DNA from: an uncultured Muribaculaceae bacterium
Lineage (GTDB): Bacteria > Bacillota_I > Bacilli_A > RF39 > UBA660
Direction of reading: 5' to 3'
DNA length: 64,000 nucleotides
NCBI GenBank assembly: GCA_964555585.1
Contig: CAZKSN010000002.1
Location: forward strand, 1,293 to 65,292
How positions within the stretch are numbered: position 1 is the first letter of the stretch; each line of letters opens with the position of its first letter. The position numbers were made by a program, and so were the translations under genes. The notes under the pieces were generated by a model. It was not told the origin of the DNA, searched no databases, and saw only the letters and a program-made list of their open reading frames with translations. This document shows, in pieces, positions 1 through 10,636 of this stretch.

Positions 1-595
1 TCTTTAATATTTTCTTTAGTAATAAAGATACTAAAATCTGTATATGTTCCAATATACTTTGATAAAGATTCCCTTAAAAAGTGATCTTTTGAATTTATAA
101 CAAAAATTACTTTTATTAATTTAAATATGCTTTGTATGGCATCTGCGGCTTCTAAAAATTTATGAACATTTTTATTAATAAGATAATTATTAGATAAATC
201 ACTCTTTTTATCATAAGAAATATTGATAATTAAATATTTTTTGTTATTAAAGTTTCTATCTGTATTATAATATTTCAGTAATTCCTCAGCTTCATTCACT
301 TTATAATTCAATAAATCTTTTTTTGAACCAATAATCTTTTGTCTTTTATCTCTAAAATCATTCTCTATAATCAATACATTATTTAATCCTGTTGTCGTCA
401 TTAATGATTTTACACCAATTATTCTGCCAGATACCGTGGAAAATATATTTTCATTATCTATATTGCTTCCAAGATATGAACCGCAATAAATATTTTTGCT
501 TTTTGGTATTTTCAATGATTCCTTATTATCAAATGGTATATAAATATATTCCGGCATCATAAACGACAAATATCCTAGTTTTACTTCTTTGCTCA
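1..595 (-). CDS. Partial CDS, function unknown. The N-terminus lies inside the window and the gene runs off the 5' edge; the product may have an RnfC-N-like barrel-sandwich domain.
   Basis: The reverse complement of 'cat' at 593-595 gives an ATG (MSKEVKLGYLSFMMPEYIY...). The frame stays open to position 1. It is absent from the ORF track because it is truncated by the window edge. Confidence 0.4.
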
Positions 596-720
596 TAAAT
601 ACTCCTATTAGAATTATATAATAAAAAAAATATTATGTAAATTAAACATAATATTTTTTATTTATTTTTAGATAATGCAAATGGTAATTCTTCTTTTAAT
701 ATTTTGCCTTCAATCAATTT

Positions 721-2481
721 TTATATTTTTTTTAAGAAATTAAATAAAGTCTCTGATACAGCTTTTGGCAGTATTGCTTCCAGTTCTTCAATTGAAGCTT
801 CCTTAATCTTCTTAAGAGAACCAAATGTATTTATCAATTCTTTTTTTCTTTTGTCTCCAATTCCCTCCACTTGATCTAAAATACTGTTTAAACTTCCTTT
901 GCTTCTAATCTGTTTATGATAATTTATTGTGTATCTGTGAACTTCATCACCTATTCTGGACAGTAAATAAAATACATTACTTTTTTTATCTACATTAACA
1001 ATCTGCAGTGAATCTCCATCAATGAGTTCATTTGTTTTATGTTTATCATTCTTTTTCAAACCACATACTTTTATATTAAGATTAAAATCATTCAATACAC
1101 TTTTACATACATTAATTTGATTGATTCCACCATCTACTATGATTAATTCCGGCAACCTTAAATGTTCTTTAATTGCCTTAAAATACCTTCTATAAATTAC
1201 TTCTCTCATTGCCTGCACATCATCATTTTTTTCAAAAGACATTTTAAATTTTCTATACTCTTTCTTACTGGGAAGACCATCAATAAAAACAACCATGCCG
1301 GATACAGTAAAAGTGCCGAATAAATTTGAATTATCAAAGATTTCAATAACATTCAAAGTATCTAATTTCAATAATTCTCTTAACTCCTCATTAGCCTTGT
1401 AACTTCTTTCATCATTTCTGTATATAAGCTCTATTTCATTTTCTAAATTTATTTTTGCATTTTCATAAGCCATATCAAGCAGTCTCTTTTTATTTCCTTT
1501 TTGAACATTCAGTATTCTGGTCTTTAGTAATTCACCCAAAATATTACTGTCTATTCCTGCAGGAACCAGTATTTCCCTAGGAATTAAATTTTTCCTTTGA
1601 TAAAAATCCAGAATATAATACTCTAGTTCATCTTTTTCTGTACTTATTATCGGCTTAATTGAACTGTTGCTTCCAATAAGCTTTCCATTTCTTAAAAAGA
1701 ATACTTGTATGGAAATATATCCTTTATTAGAATAATAGCTGAATATGTCTCTGTTTACCCCATCATTCAATTCTACCTTTTGCCTTTCAAAAACTATAGA
1801 CATATAATCTAATTCTTTTTTCAGTTCCAATGCCTGCTCATAATTTAAACTTTCTGAGTAATATTCTATTTTTTCTCTTATTTTATCAATTAAAATATCA
1901 TCATTTCCATTCAGTATACTAATTATTTCACTTTTCATTGCTGTAATATCTATTTCTTTTTTAATACAGAAACCCAGGCATTCATTAATGTGAAAATACA
2001 AGCATTCTTTTTTAGGCATTGTGATGCATTTTCTAAGAGGATATATTCTGTTTAAGAGATATACCAATCTTCTTGCAGCATATACATTAGGGTATGGTCC
2101 GAATAAAAGTTTTTTCCTTTTGCTTATATTCAACTCTCTTCTTACAATAAGTCTTGGAAATCTTTCATTAGTTAGTTCTATGTACGGATAACTTTTATCA
2201 TCCTTTAATAATATATTATATTTCGGGTTATATTTCTTAATTAAATTTAATTCTAAAATAAAAGCTTCCAGTTCACTTGAAGTCACAATGTATTCAAAAG
2301 ATTTTATCTCACTTACAAGTACTCTGGTCTTTCCTTCCGTTCTTCCAGTGAAATAACTCTTTAATCTATTGAATAAGTTTTTTGCCTTGCCAACATAAAT
2401 AATAGTTCCTATTTCATTTTTCATTAAATAGCAACCGCTTTTTTTAGGAACAATGCTTAATTCAGTTTTAAACATAGACAT
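721..2481 (-). CDS. uvrC: Excinuclease ABC subunit C (UvrC)
   Basis: N-terminal GIY-YIG motif (GCYLMKN...IIYVGKAKNL.NRL.SYF). The 586-aa length and C-terminal HhH region (GIGDKRKKELINTFGSLKKI) fit UvrC. Confidence 0.9.
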   Translation of the reverse strand: MSMFKTELSIVPKKSGCYLMKNEIGTIIYVGKAKNLFNRLKSYFTGRTEGKTRVLVSEIKSFEYIVTSSELEAFILELNLIKKYNPKYNILLKDDKSYPYIELTNERFPRLIVRRELNISKRKKLLFGPYPNVYAARRLVYLLNRIYPLRKCITMPKKECLYFHINECLGFCIKKEIDITAMKSEIISILNGNDDILIDKIREKIEYYSESLNYEQALELKKELDYMSIVFERQKVELNDGVNRDIFSYYSNKGYISIQVFFLRNGKLIGSNSSIKPIISTEKDELEYYILDFYQRKNLIPREILVPAGIDSNILGELLKTRILNVQKGNKKRLLDMAYENAKINLENEIELIYRNDERSYKANEELRELLKLDTLNVIEIFDNSNLFGTFTVSGMVVFIDGLPSKKEYRKFKMSFEKNDDVQAMREVIYRRYFKAIKEHLRLPELIIVDGGINQINVCKSVLNDFNLNIKVCGLKKNDKHKTNELIDGDSLQIVNVDKKSNVFYLLSRIGDEVHRYTINYHKQIRSKGSLNSILDQVEGIGDKRKKELINTFGSLKKIKEASIEELEAILPKAVSETLFNFLKKI

Positions 2482-2533
2482 TCACCATTTATATTATATC
2501 AAATATTATAAATAATTGACTTTAATTTTAACT

Positions 2534-3178
2534 ATGTTAGAATATAAAATTGTAAGAGGTGATACTGTGACCAATAGAACAAGTCCATTAGCTAGAGATT
2601 TAATAAGTGAACAAGTGACAGGTTATTTAAGAGCGGTTATTGAAAGTTCTCAAAAGTATATAAAAGAATATACAAAAAACAGTGCTTATAAATACAGAGT
2701 TATATCTCTTGATGACTATAATTATTTATTAGAGAGTGGTAAGAATAAAAACGAATATTTTGAATTAAGAAACTATTATGACGGCTACGTTGAATTAAAT
2801 AGTGATGATATTGAAGAATTATTAAGTCTAATATATGAATCTTTATTAACTTATGATTTAAGTGAATGTGCTGTTACGGGTAGTTTAAGTTTATTGATTA
2901 CATTGCCACTTAGAAATCTTCAAGCTGAAATTGATAATAAGAAAAAATTATCCATTGATGATCTAAGTAAAAAATATAAATTGAAAAAATGGAGTTATAT
3001 TATTTTAGGTAATAAATGTTGCAGCATTTTAGAAGATTTTTTATGTGGTGTATGTGTTTCCTGGATTCATGATGATGAATTTGCAATCTACAATGATGAA
3101 GCAGATATCTGTAGAATTACTGTTGAAGGAATAGATAAACTAGAAGAAGCTGAAATAAAAAGAAAGCTGGATAAATAA
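2534..3178 (+). CDS. Hypothetical protein
   Basis: The track ORF begins at a TTG at 2516. The first ATG is at 2534 (MLEYKIVRGD...). No recognisable motifs. Confidence 0.45.
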   Translation: MLEYKIVRGDTVTNRTSPLARDLISEQVTGYLRAVIESSQKYIKEYTKNSAYKYRVISLDDYNYLLESGKNKNEYFELRNYYDGYVELNSDDIEELLSLIYESLLTYDLSECAVTGSLSLLITLPLRNLQAEIDNKKKLSIDDLSKKYKLKKWSYIILGNKCCSILEDFLCGVCVSWIHDDEFAIYNDEADICRITVEGIDKLEEAEIKRKLDK

Positions 3179-3209
3179 CTTTCTTTTTAATTTATGTTAT
3201 AATATTAAT

Positions 3210-3554
3210 ATGAAAATGATAAATGAAAGTTTTTATGAAATAAAAAAATCTAAATTCTATGGCTATTCTTATGAAATAAATAATATAAATGAAGTGGAAA
3301 GCATTCTAAATAAAATAAGAAGTGAACATAAGAAGGCAAAACATATTGTTTATGCATATAAAATAAATAATACTGAAAAGAAGTATGAAGCCAAGGAACC
3401 AGCGAACTCTGCCGGTAAACCTATTTTAAATATTATTAATGTTAAAAACTTAAATAATATTTTAATAGTTATTGTAAGATACTTTGGAGGTATACTATTA
3501 GGCAAGGGACCTTTAACGAGAGCTTATTCTAAAGCAACTTCAAAACTTTTTTAA
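3210..3554 (+). CDS. IMPACT/YigZ-family protein (UPF0029), N-terminal domain only
   Basis: Motifs SKFYGY, HIVYAYK, EP.NSAGKP and RYFGGILLG.G.L.RAY are characteristic of the YigZ N-domain. At 114 aa it is about half the usual length. Confidence 0.6.
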   Translation: MKMINESFYEIKKSKFYGYSYEINNINEVESILNKIRSEHKKAKHIVYAYKINNTEKKYEAKEPANSAGKPILNIINVKNLNNILIVIVRYFGGILLGKGPLTRAYSKATSKLF

Positions 3555-3592
3555 TTTTTATGTATATTTTTATCCATAATGAATAATATATT

Positions 3593-3663
3593 AGTAGGAC
3601 TACAATGGTTATAGAAATTCTATAATAAAAAAATTGTAGTCCTACTTTTTTTTAAAAAAAAAA
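3593..3663. terminator. Bidirectional rho-independent terminator
   Basis: Inverted repeat GTAGGACTACAAT...ATTGTAGTCCTAC, followed by a T8 run and then an A10 run. Confidence 0.5.
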
Positions 3664-3767
3664 TGGAATATTTTTATACTATATTGCAATAATATTATTA
3701 GGACCACATTTTAATATATAGATTTAGTTATCTAGTTTATTAAATATAAGTGGTCCTACTTTTTTAT

Positions 3768-4406
3768 TTAAATCTTTTTTAAAAGATAAGATATCCATGA
3801 TTTAGGTTTAGTAATTTCACTATGATAAAACTCTTTTATTATTTTGAAATTATTTTTTAATAATATTTCTTCAAGCTCATTTTTACTCCACTTTTTTCTA
3901 AATCTTAGAATGTTATTGTAATCTTTCTTTTCAAAGTAACCTTCAGCTGTTTTAGTATGAATTGTAGTGCATATTGCAAAAAAGCCATTATTATCCAACC
4001 ATTTATAGACTTTCTTTAATATTAAATCTAAATCCTCAGGTTCAAAACAATGAATAAAAGCCATCGCAACTATCAAATCATATTTGCTTTTAAGTTCAAC
4101 TTTTAAAATATCTTTATTTATAACATTTGTGTTTGGAGAATTCAATCTTATATATTTTACCATTTCATCAGAAAATTCTATAGCAGTTGTTTCAAAATTA
4201 TTTTCTTCCATAACTTTCAAGAATTGACCGGCTCCCGCTCCCAATTCCAAAGCTTTATGGTATTTTGATAGATCAAATTCAGAAAAAATCAGATTTATCC
4301 AAGGTTCATAAAATAAATAATTGTTTCCTCCAAATAAATCTTTATTTGAATATTCTTTTGCAACTAAATCATATGCCTTCTGATTAATTTTTAAATATTT
4401 TTTCAT
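3768..4406 (-). CDS. Class I SAM-dependent methyltransferase
   Basis: Motif I LELGAGAGQF. Length and fold-typical spacing fit the family. Confidence 0.7.
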   Translation of the reverse strand: MKKYLKINQKAYDLVAKEYSNKDLFGGNNYLFYEPWINLIFSEFDLSKYHKALELGAGAGQFLKVMEENNFETTAIEFSDEMVKYIRLNSPNTNVINKDILKVELKSKYDLIVAMAFIHCFEPEDLDLILKKVYKWLDNNGFFAICTTIHTKTAEGYFEKKDYNNILRFRKKWSKNELEEILLKNNFKIIKEFYHSEITKPKSWISYLLKKI

Positions 4407-4435
4407 AACAAGACTATTATATCAAAATAAAAATT

Positions 4436-4771
4436 TTAGTCTACAAATAAAGCTTTAAATACTTTAAATATATTTGAAATACCCTTCGTCATAAATTTTT
4501 CAATAGCTGTACTGGTGTTTTTACCTAAATTTGAAATATTATTTGAATAATCTTTATAGGAACTTGAAACATAGTTTTCCATACTAATTTCTTTGCCTTC
4601 CTGTAAATCCTTTTCAAATTGTTTTATAGCTTCCTCAGTAATTGTCTTCTTATTATATTGAGTAAATTCATAATATCCATTTATTTGAGTCAAATAAAAA
4701 CATATATATATTAAAAACAATATTATTAATACTATCAATACTATATTTTTTTTCTTTTTTTTAGGTTCCAT
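4436..4771 (-). CDS. Small membrane protein, hypothetical
   Basis: Lysine-rich N-terminus followed by one hydrophobic helix (IVLIVLIILFLIYICFYL). It overlaps the start of spoIIP. Confidence 0.4.
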   Translation of the reverse strand: MEPKKKKKNIVLIVLIILFLIYICFYLTQINGYYEFTQYNKKTITEEAIKQFEKDLQEGKEISMENYVSSSYKDYSNNISNLGKNTSTAIEKFMTKGISNIFKVFKALFVD

Positions 4772-5738
4772 TTTTCACTTCCTTTATAAATTCACTAATC
4801 TTCTTAGCTAAAACTTCACATGTATTGTAAACTTGTTCAATAGTGTTATCTACACCACCTATTTCAATAAGCATTGAATTCGGACTTAAATCTTGATTAT
4901 ATACACCATTTACATTCTTACCGCTTTTTTTAAGTATTCCCCTACTTATGCCAGGATATTCTTTTTTTATATATTCATTTAATTTTGTTGCCAAGTCTAA
5001 ATTCTTTTTATAATTTTTATTATCAAGCCCAACTACAAACAAGATTCTTGCAAATTCCTTTCCATCCTTTTCATACAGTGTTCCTTTTAATCTTGTAGAG
5101 TCTCTATGAATATCAATTAAATATTCTATGGTTTTATTTTTATTTAAAGTTATTTCTGCAAAATATCTACTTGCAACATAACTGTAATTGTATTTTAATT
5201 TACGTTTGTCCAGATATTCTTTTATATTAGCTGTTTCCACTATTGAAGGCATATTAAGTTCATTTAATTTTTCTTTCAATATGTATGAGGCTATCATCAC
5301 ATTAGGTTTTATACTGTAGTCGTAAAGAGTTTCTAGACTATACTCCTCCAGTTGATGCGTATTATATATATAAACAATTGGTTCTTTGACTTTTATTGGA
5401 TTGGGATCTTCCACATACTCTGTTAAACTGTTTTCATAATTGAATAAATCTGTTTCCTCATCTGCTGAAAATACTTCTAAATCCTTTTTAGGTATAATTT
5501 TATTTAAAGAAACATATAAAATGTTTTTTGGAGTGGTAAGATTTATATCTAATTTCTTTATAAAATAATTTTCCTCATTCAAAATTTCCTTTAATGAACT
5601 ATTCATTAAGATATCCTTAATGTTTATAATTTTCCCATTAAATAATATTCCTAAAAATATATAAAATGAAAAAAATAATATTAAAACATTTAATATAAAT
5701 TTAATTTTATTTTTTTTAAATATAAATTTTCTTTTCAT
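4761..5738 (-). CDS. spoIIP: Stage II sporulation protein P (SpoIIP)
   Basis: IYNTHQLEEY and DIHRDS motifs and a C-terminal MurNAc-LAA-like region. It sits upstream of rpsT, as in other Firmicutes. Confidence 0.7.
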   Translation of the reverse strand: MKRKFIFKKNKIKFILNVLILFFSFYIFLGILFNGKIINIKDILMNSSLKEILNEENYFIKKLDINLTTPKNILYVSLNKIIPKKDLEVFSADEETDLFNYENSLTEYVEDPNPIKVKEPIVYIYNTHQLEEYSLETLYDYSIKPNVMIASYILKEKLNELNMPSIVETANIKEYLDKRKLKYNYSYVASRYFAEITLNKNKTIEYLIDIHRDSTRLKGTLYEKDGKEFARILFVVGLDNKNYKKNLDLATKLNEYIKKEYPGISRGILKKSGKNVNGVYNQDLSPNSMLIEIGGVDNTIEQVYNTCEVLAKKISEFIKEVKNGT

Positions 5739-5770
5739 AGTATAATTATATTAATTGCTTTATTAAAATT

Positions 5771-5840
5771 TTGTAGAAAAAAAGTAAAATAATAAATTTG
5801 GGAATAAAGATTGATTTTTCTACAATATTCTGGTAATATT
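5771..5840 (+). promoter_or_regulatory. Putative sigma-A promoter of rpsT overlapped by an 11-bp inverted repeat
   Basis: TTGATT (5810-5815), an 18-nt spacer, then TAATAT (5834-5839). The inverted repeat TTGTAGAAAAA (5771-5781) / TTTTTCTACAA (5815-5825) brackets the -35. Confidence 0.35.
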
Positions 5841-5866
5841 ATAACAGTTTCTAAGGAGGTGACTTT

Positions 5867-6130
5867 ATGGCAAATATTAAAAGTGCAAAGAAAAGAATAC
5901 GTACAATTAAGAAAAAAACTATATTAAATAATGATGTTAATACTAGCATGAAAACTGCAATTAAGAAATTTAATAAATTAGTTCAGGAAGGTAAAATTGA
6001 AGAAGCTAAAAATAATTTAAGTAATGTCGTTAAAAAAATTGACAAAGCTCAAGTTTCAGGCATAATCAAAAAAAATGCTGGCAATAGATACAAATCAAAT
6101 TTATCAAAGAAAGTTAATAATAAAAAGTAG
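5867..6130 (+). CDS. rpsT: 30S ribosomal protein S20
   Basis: MANIKSAKKRIRT... is a typical S20 N-terminus. An AGGAGG RBS precedes it. Confidence 0.9.
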   Translation: MANIKSAKKRIRTIKKKTILNNDVNTSMKTAIKKFNKLVQEGKIEEAKNNLSNVVKKIDKAQVSGIIKKNAGNRYKSNLSKKVNNKK

Positions 6131-6194
6131 GAGTTTAATACTACTTTTTTTTGATTATAATAAAAATATTTGATATAATGAGTTTGGTGGCTTT

Positions 6195-7100
6195 ATGAAA
6201 CAATTTAAAAGTGGAGTCTTAGTAGTTGTGATTTTATTATCAATTTATACAATCAGATTAAATTATAATGATGTGATTTTTTTATTTAATTATATATTTA
6301 ATAAAGAACAAAAAATCATAATATCTGAGATAAATGATTATCAAAGAAATTATACTTATGAAAAATTCTATAATTCTGATGATTATACTCCTGAAAATAT
6401 AGATGATTTGAAAAACATATATTATAATGTTTTAAATAACGGATGGAGCAGCTTTACCTTTTACTGTCCTACAGAATATAAGGATTGTCTACATGAATTG
6501 GAGCTGATTAGTTCAGATGAAAACATGTTAAGTAATATTAATAATTACGTTAATCCATATAACAGCTTTAAAATAATTGATACCACTATCACTTCATTTG
6601 GTGAAATAACAATCAATGTTCAAAAAAATTATTCAGCTGAAGATATAGATACTCTTAAAGCCAAAGTATTGGAGATATCAGAGAATTTAGGCTTACAAAT
6701 GTTAAATGATAAGAAAAGTATTACTGAAATTCACAAATATATTATAAATAATACGAAATATGATTTGGAAAGAGCAGACAATGGTTCAAGTGTTTATAAT
6801 TCAGATACAGCTTATGGTGTATTAATCCAAGGATATGGAGTCTGTAGTGGCTACAGTGATGCTTTCGCCTTGTTTATGGATTATTTAAATATTCCAAACA
6901 TAAAGGTATCAAGTAAGGAACATATATGGAATTTGATATATATAGATAATAAATGGTTGCATGTTGATGTAACTTGGGATGATAATGACAATTCTCCATT
7001 AATAAAATCAAATTTTCTTTTAATTAATACAAAAGAATTAAAAAGTATTGATGATGAATATCATGAATTTGATGAATCGTTCTTTATAGAAACAAATTAA
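6195..7100 (+). CDS. Transglutaminase-like (Cys-His-Asp) domain protein with an N-terminal membrane anchor
   Basis: GYGVCSGYSDAF (catalytic Cys), followed by WNLIYIDNKWLHVDVTWDD (His/Asp). Confidence 0.6.
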   Translation: MKQFKSGVLVVVILLSIYTIRLNYNDVIFLFNYIFNKEQKIIISEINDYQRNYTYEKFYNSDDYTPENIDDLKNIYYNVLNNGWSSFTFYCPTEYKDCLHELELISSDENMLSNINNYVNPYNSFKIIDTTITSFGEITINVQKNYSAEDIDTLKAKVLEISENLGLQMLNDKKSITEIHKYIINNTKYDLERADNGSSVYNSDTAYGVLIQGYGVCSGYSDAFALFMDYLNIPNIKVSSKEHIWNLIYIDNKWLHVDVTWDDNDNSPLIKSNFLLINTKELKSIDDEYHEFDESFFIETN

Positions 7101-7981
7101 ATATATTTACATACTTCTTTTACAGTGTTTTCAAAATTATTGAAATCAACATTAAACCAGATTACATTTTTAATTTTATTATTAAACCAGGTATATTGTC
7201 TTTTAGCATATTTTCTTGAATTGGATTTAATTAAATTAACTGCTTCTTCCAAGGAAATTTCATTATTAAAATATTTATATAATTCTTTGTAGCCTATTCC
7301 ATTGATTATTGGCTTACTTAGAATTTTTTTATCATATAAATTTCTTACTTCTTCAAGCAAACCATTTCTTATCATAATATCAACTCTGTTATTTATAATC
7401 TCATATAATTTTTCTCTATTAGTAGTAAGCCCAATAAAAGTGACATCATAAAGTAGATTATCTCCTTTATTGTTCTCATTTATGGACTTATTATTTTTTA
7501 TATAATAACTTAATGCTCTTATTAATCTTCTCTTGTTGTTTTTATCTATAACAATATTCTTATCCAAGTTTATAAGCATTTTATACAGTTCTTCAGCAGA
7601 ATAATTTTCAAAATCATTATCAGTATTTTCCTTTTCAAAGGTATAATCGTACAGTAATGCCTTTATATAAAGTCCTGTTCCACCAACTATGATAACCTGC
7701 TTATTCCTTTCTTGAATTTCCTTTATTTTACTTCTTGCAGTTTTTTGATAGTCAAAAACTGAATAATTATCATTAACTTCTCTTATATCAAATAAATGAT
7801 GAATTATCCCTTCTTTTTCAGTTTCTTTTATTTTAGCAGTACCTATATTTAATTCTTTATATACCTGCATGGAATCTGCATTAATTATTTCTCCATTCAG
7901 CCTTTTAGCAAGTTCAACAGATAACTTGGTTTTACCTACTCCTGTGGGTCCAACAATAACTATGATCTTATTATTATTCAT
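7097..7981 (-). CDS. miaA: tRNA dimethylallyltransferase
   Basis: P-loop GPTGVGKT, ADSMQVYK and ELNIGTAK motifs. The track ORF starts at a TTG at 7993. The ATG at 7981 has a GGAG RBS. Confidence 0.9.
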   Translation of the reverse strand: MNNNKIIVIVGPTGVGKTKLSVELAKRLNGEIINADSMQVYKELNIGTAKIKETEKEGIIHHLFDIREVNDNYSVFDYQKTARSKIKEIQERNKQVIIVGGTGLYIKALLYDYTFEKENTDNDFENYSAEELYKMLINLDKNIVIDKNNKRRLIRALSYYIKNNKSINENNKGDNLLYDVTFIGLTTNREKLYEIINNRVDIMIRNGLLEEVRNLYDKKILSKPIINGIGYKELYKYFNNEISLEEAVNLIKSNSRKYAKRQYTWFNNKIKNVIWFNVDFNNFENTVKEVCKYI

Positions 7982-8020
7982 AAAATTCTCCAAATAAATT
8001 ATAGCAAAAACAAACTATAA

Positions 8021-8620
8021 TTAATATAATTTTCTTTTTAAAGTATTTACTTCTTCAGATACAAAATATAATTTTTTCAAATCTTTCATTATTCTTTTGT
8101 TTCTCGTATAATTTCTTAGTAAAGGACTATATAAAGGAATAATATATTTTTCCTCTTCATTTATTATTATTTTACGAGGTAAACCAACTATATCATTAAA
8201 ATCTCTATATTCTAATAAAGATCTAGTTGCTTTATCTCCTAAGGTAAAAATGATCTTAGGGTTAATTATATTTATTTGTGCTAATAAAAAATTTCTACAA
8301 TTGTTTATACATTTATTAATATTTCTTTTATCATTTAAAAAACATTTCATAGCCTCTATATAGAAAATTTCATTTAATTCAAGATTCAATATTTCAAATA
8401 GTTTCTTAACTGTAGCATCCAGAGAATATAATTTTTCATTTATTTGAGAAAATTCTTTATTCTCTTTTCTTATTGGAGCATCTCCGATGAGAAGTATTTG
8501 ATTGCTTTTTCCAAATGATACAGTAGTTATACCCACATATTTATCAACCATATTATCACACAGTTTACAGCATCTTATCTCATTATCTATTTCTATTATT
8601 TTTTCAACTATATTTGACAT
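8021..8620 (-). CDS. Uracil-DNA glycosylase superfamily protein (family 4-like)
   Basis: Cysteine cluster CCKLCDN, then LLIGDAPIRKE (compare GEAPG..E). GAGGTG RBS. Confidence 0.45.
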   Translation of the reverse strand: MSNIVEKIIEIDNEIRCCKLCDNMVDKYVGITTVSFGKSNQILLIGDAPIRKENKEFSQINEKLYSLDATVKKLFEILNLELNEIFYIEAMKCFLNDKRNINKCINNCRNFLLAQINIINPKIIFTLGDKATRSLLEYRDFNDIVGLPRKIIINEEEKYIIPLYSPLLRNYTRNKRIMKDLKKLYFVSEEVNTLKRKLY

Positions 8621-8681
8621 TTTTTATCACCTCTTTATTTATTTATATTCACAAATAAAAAAGTAGTTATTATCTACTTCT

Positions 8682-8915
8682 TTATCTTCTAGGAGTATAA
8701 GTATGACTACCGGTTTGATATACTGTTTTAGCTAAAGCAAGTTTTTGAGTTTCTATGTCATTATGTTTCTCAATTGCCGCTGCTAATCGGTTAAAATCAT
8801 CTGAAGATACATTTAAAATTTCACTTTTTATTAATTTTTCTAAATATACTTTTATATGAAATAATTGATCATCTGTATACATACCCATTTCTATTCCCCC
8901 TTTTGAATAGTTCAA
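8682..8915 (-). CDS. Small hypothetical protein. It sits where hfq would be, but is not Hfq-like.
   Basis: ORF only. No Sm motif is present. Confidence 0.3.
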   Translation of the reverse strand: MNYSKGGIEMGMYTDDQLFHIKVYLEKLIKSEILNVSSDDFNRLAAAIEKHNDIETQKLALAKTVYQTGSHTYTPRR

Positions 8916-8946
8916 TATTATAATCTTTTTTTAATGAAAAGTCAAT

Positions 8947-10635
8947 TTATACTACTCTTTTAAATAATTTTTCCAATTCATATTTTTTATATTCCACTAT
9001 TGTAGGTCTTCCATGAGGGCATGTATAGGGAAATTCACATTTAAAAAGCCTCTTTATCAAAGTTTCCTGTTCCTCATAGGAAATATTTGTATTTGCTTTA
9101 ACACTCATCCTGCATGAAAGAGTAATTGCCACATTTTCATTGAATTTCACTCTGTCAAATTTCTCATTGATATTATATATTAAATCAAATATTTTTCTAA
9201 TGCTCTCTTCTTCAAAGCCTTCCTTTATCCAGGTTGGATGAGCAGTAATTCTATATGTATTAATTCCAAATTCCTCAAATTCAAATTTTAATTCTTTTAG
9301 TATATATTCATATTCCTTAATGATTAGAAATTCATTTTTAGACAGTTCAATGTTTATAGGAAATAACATATTAATTGAATTTACATTGGATTCCTTTAAA
9401 GCTTTTAAATAGGTTTCATAATTGATTCTTTCATTTGCAGCATGAATATCTATTAAATACATTATATCCTCTGCCTGTGCTATTAAATAAGTTCCCAAAG
9501 CTAATCCTACCGGAGTAATCAAACTCTTTGCTTCTATATCATATTCATTCAATTGATCAGCCAAGTTGAAATCCAAGATCATTTCTTTATATTCTTTTGC
9601 TTCTGTATTGCTTACTGTTTCCTCTACTTCATTATATGCCTTGTATGTATTATCACTATTATTAAGAGTATTCCTTATCATACTAAATAGCAAGTCCTCC
9701 AGTGTATCAATTTTACTTAATTTAATATCCTGTTTTGTCGGATGAATATTTACATCTATTAAAGTCGGATCTGTTTCAATATTTAATACCACTACTGGAA
9801 ATTTATTTTCCGCTAAAAAAGTATGATATGCATCTTTAATGATTCTGTTTATTACTGAATTCTGGATAACTCTTTTATTCACTAAAACTATCATTCCACT
9901 TTTAGAACTTTTATTTATATTTATATTTCCTATATATCCATCAATACTGTAGTCAATATTTTCTCCAGCAACATTTATCATATTCTTACTTGTGCTGTAT
10001 CCAAAGATTTCATGAATCACCTTCAGTAAATCATTACTTCCACTTGTTTTTAATATTTCCTTTTCATCATTTATAAGTGTAAAAGAAATATTGGGATGAG
10101 AAAGACTCAATCTTTCCATATACATTGTTACATTAGCCAGTTCTGTATTTAAACTTTTCAAGAACTTTAATCTTGCAGGTGTGTTATAAAATAAATTATC
10201 TACTGTTATTGAAGTGCCTCTTCTTATTTTTCCTTTTTTAACTGAAATAAGTTTTCCACCTTTAATTAAAACATTTGTAGCCTCACTGGAATTATAAGTA
10301 TCCAGCTCAACTTCACTAACAGAAGCTATTGAAGCTAGGGCTTCACCTCTAAAACCCAAGGTATTTATAAAATACAAATCATTTTCAGTTTTTATTTTAC
10401 TAGTGGCATGACGACTGAAAGCAAGAATGGCATCTTCTTTATCCATACCAATTCCATTATCAGTTACTTTAATTCTTTTAATTCCGGAGGAAATAAGTTC
10501 AACTTTTATAACATCACTACTTGCATCTATACTGTTTTCCACCAGTTCTTTGACAACACTTGCAATTTTTTCTACAACTTCTCCAGCTGCTATTTTATTA
10601 GCAAGCACTTCATCCATTACTTTAATAACACCCAT
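8947..10635 (-). CDS. mutL: DNA mismatch repair protein MutL
   Basis: NKIAAGEVVE...VKELVENSIDA GHKL ATPase motifs. The 562-aa length fits. Confidence 0.9.
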   Translation of the reverse strand: MGVIKVMDEVLANKIAAGEVVEKIASVVKELVENSIDASSDVIKVELISSGIKRIKVTDNGIGMDKEDAILAFSRHATSKIKTENDLYFINTLGFRGEALASIASVSEVELDTYNSSEATNVLIKGGKLISVKKGKIRRGTSITVDNLFYNTPARLKFLKSLNTELANVTMYMERLSLSHPNISFTLINDEKEILKTSGSNDLLKVIHEIFGYSTSKNMINVAGENIDYSIDGYIGNININKSSKSGMIVLVNKRVIQNSVINRIIKDAYHTFLAENKFPVVVLNIETDPTLIDVNIHPTKQDIKLSKIDTLEDLLFSMIRNTLNNSDNTYKAYNEVEETVSNTEAKEYKEMILDFNLADQLNEYDIEAKSLITPVGLALGTYLIAQAEDIMYLIDIHAANERINYETYLKALKESNVNSINMLFPINIELSKNEFLIIKEYEYILKELKFEFEEFGINTYRITAHPTWIKEGFEEESIRKIFDLIYNINEKFDRVKFNENVAITLSCRMSVKANTNISYEEQETLIKRLFKCEFPYTCPHGRPTIVEYKKYELEKLFKRVV

Positions 10636-10636
10636 A

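Noticed and set aside
3699-3765. Second hairpin TAGGACCAC...GTGGTCCTAC with a stem similar to the terminator at 3593-3663, as a possible repeated mobile element
   Set aside because: There are only two copies, with different loops, between convergent genes. It is most simply a pair of terminators.
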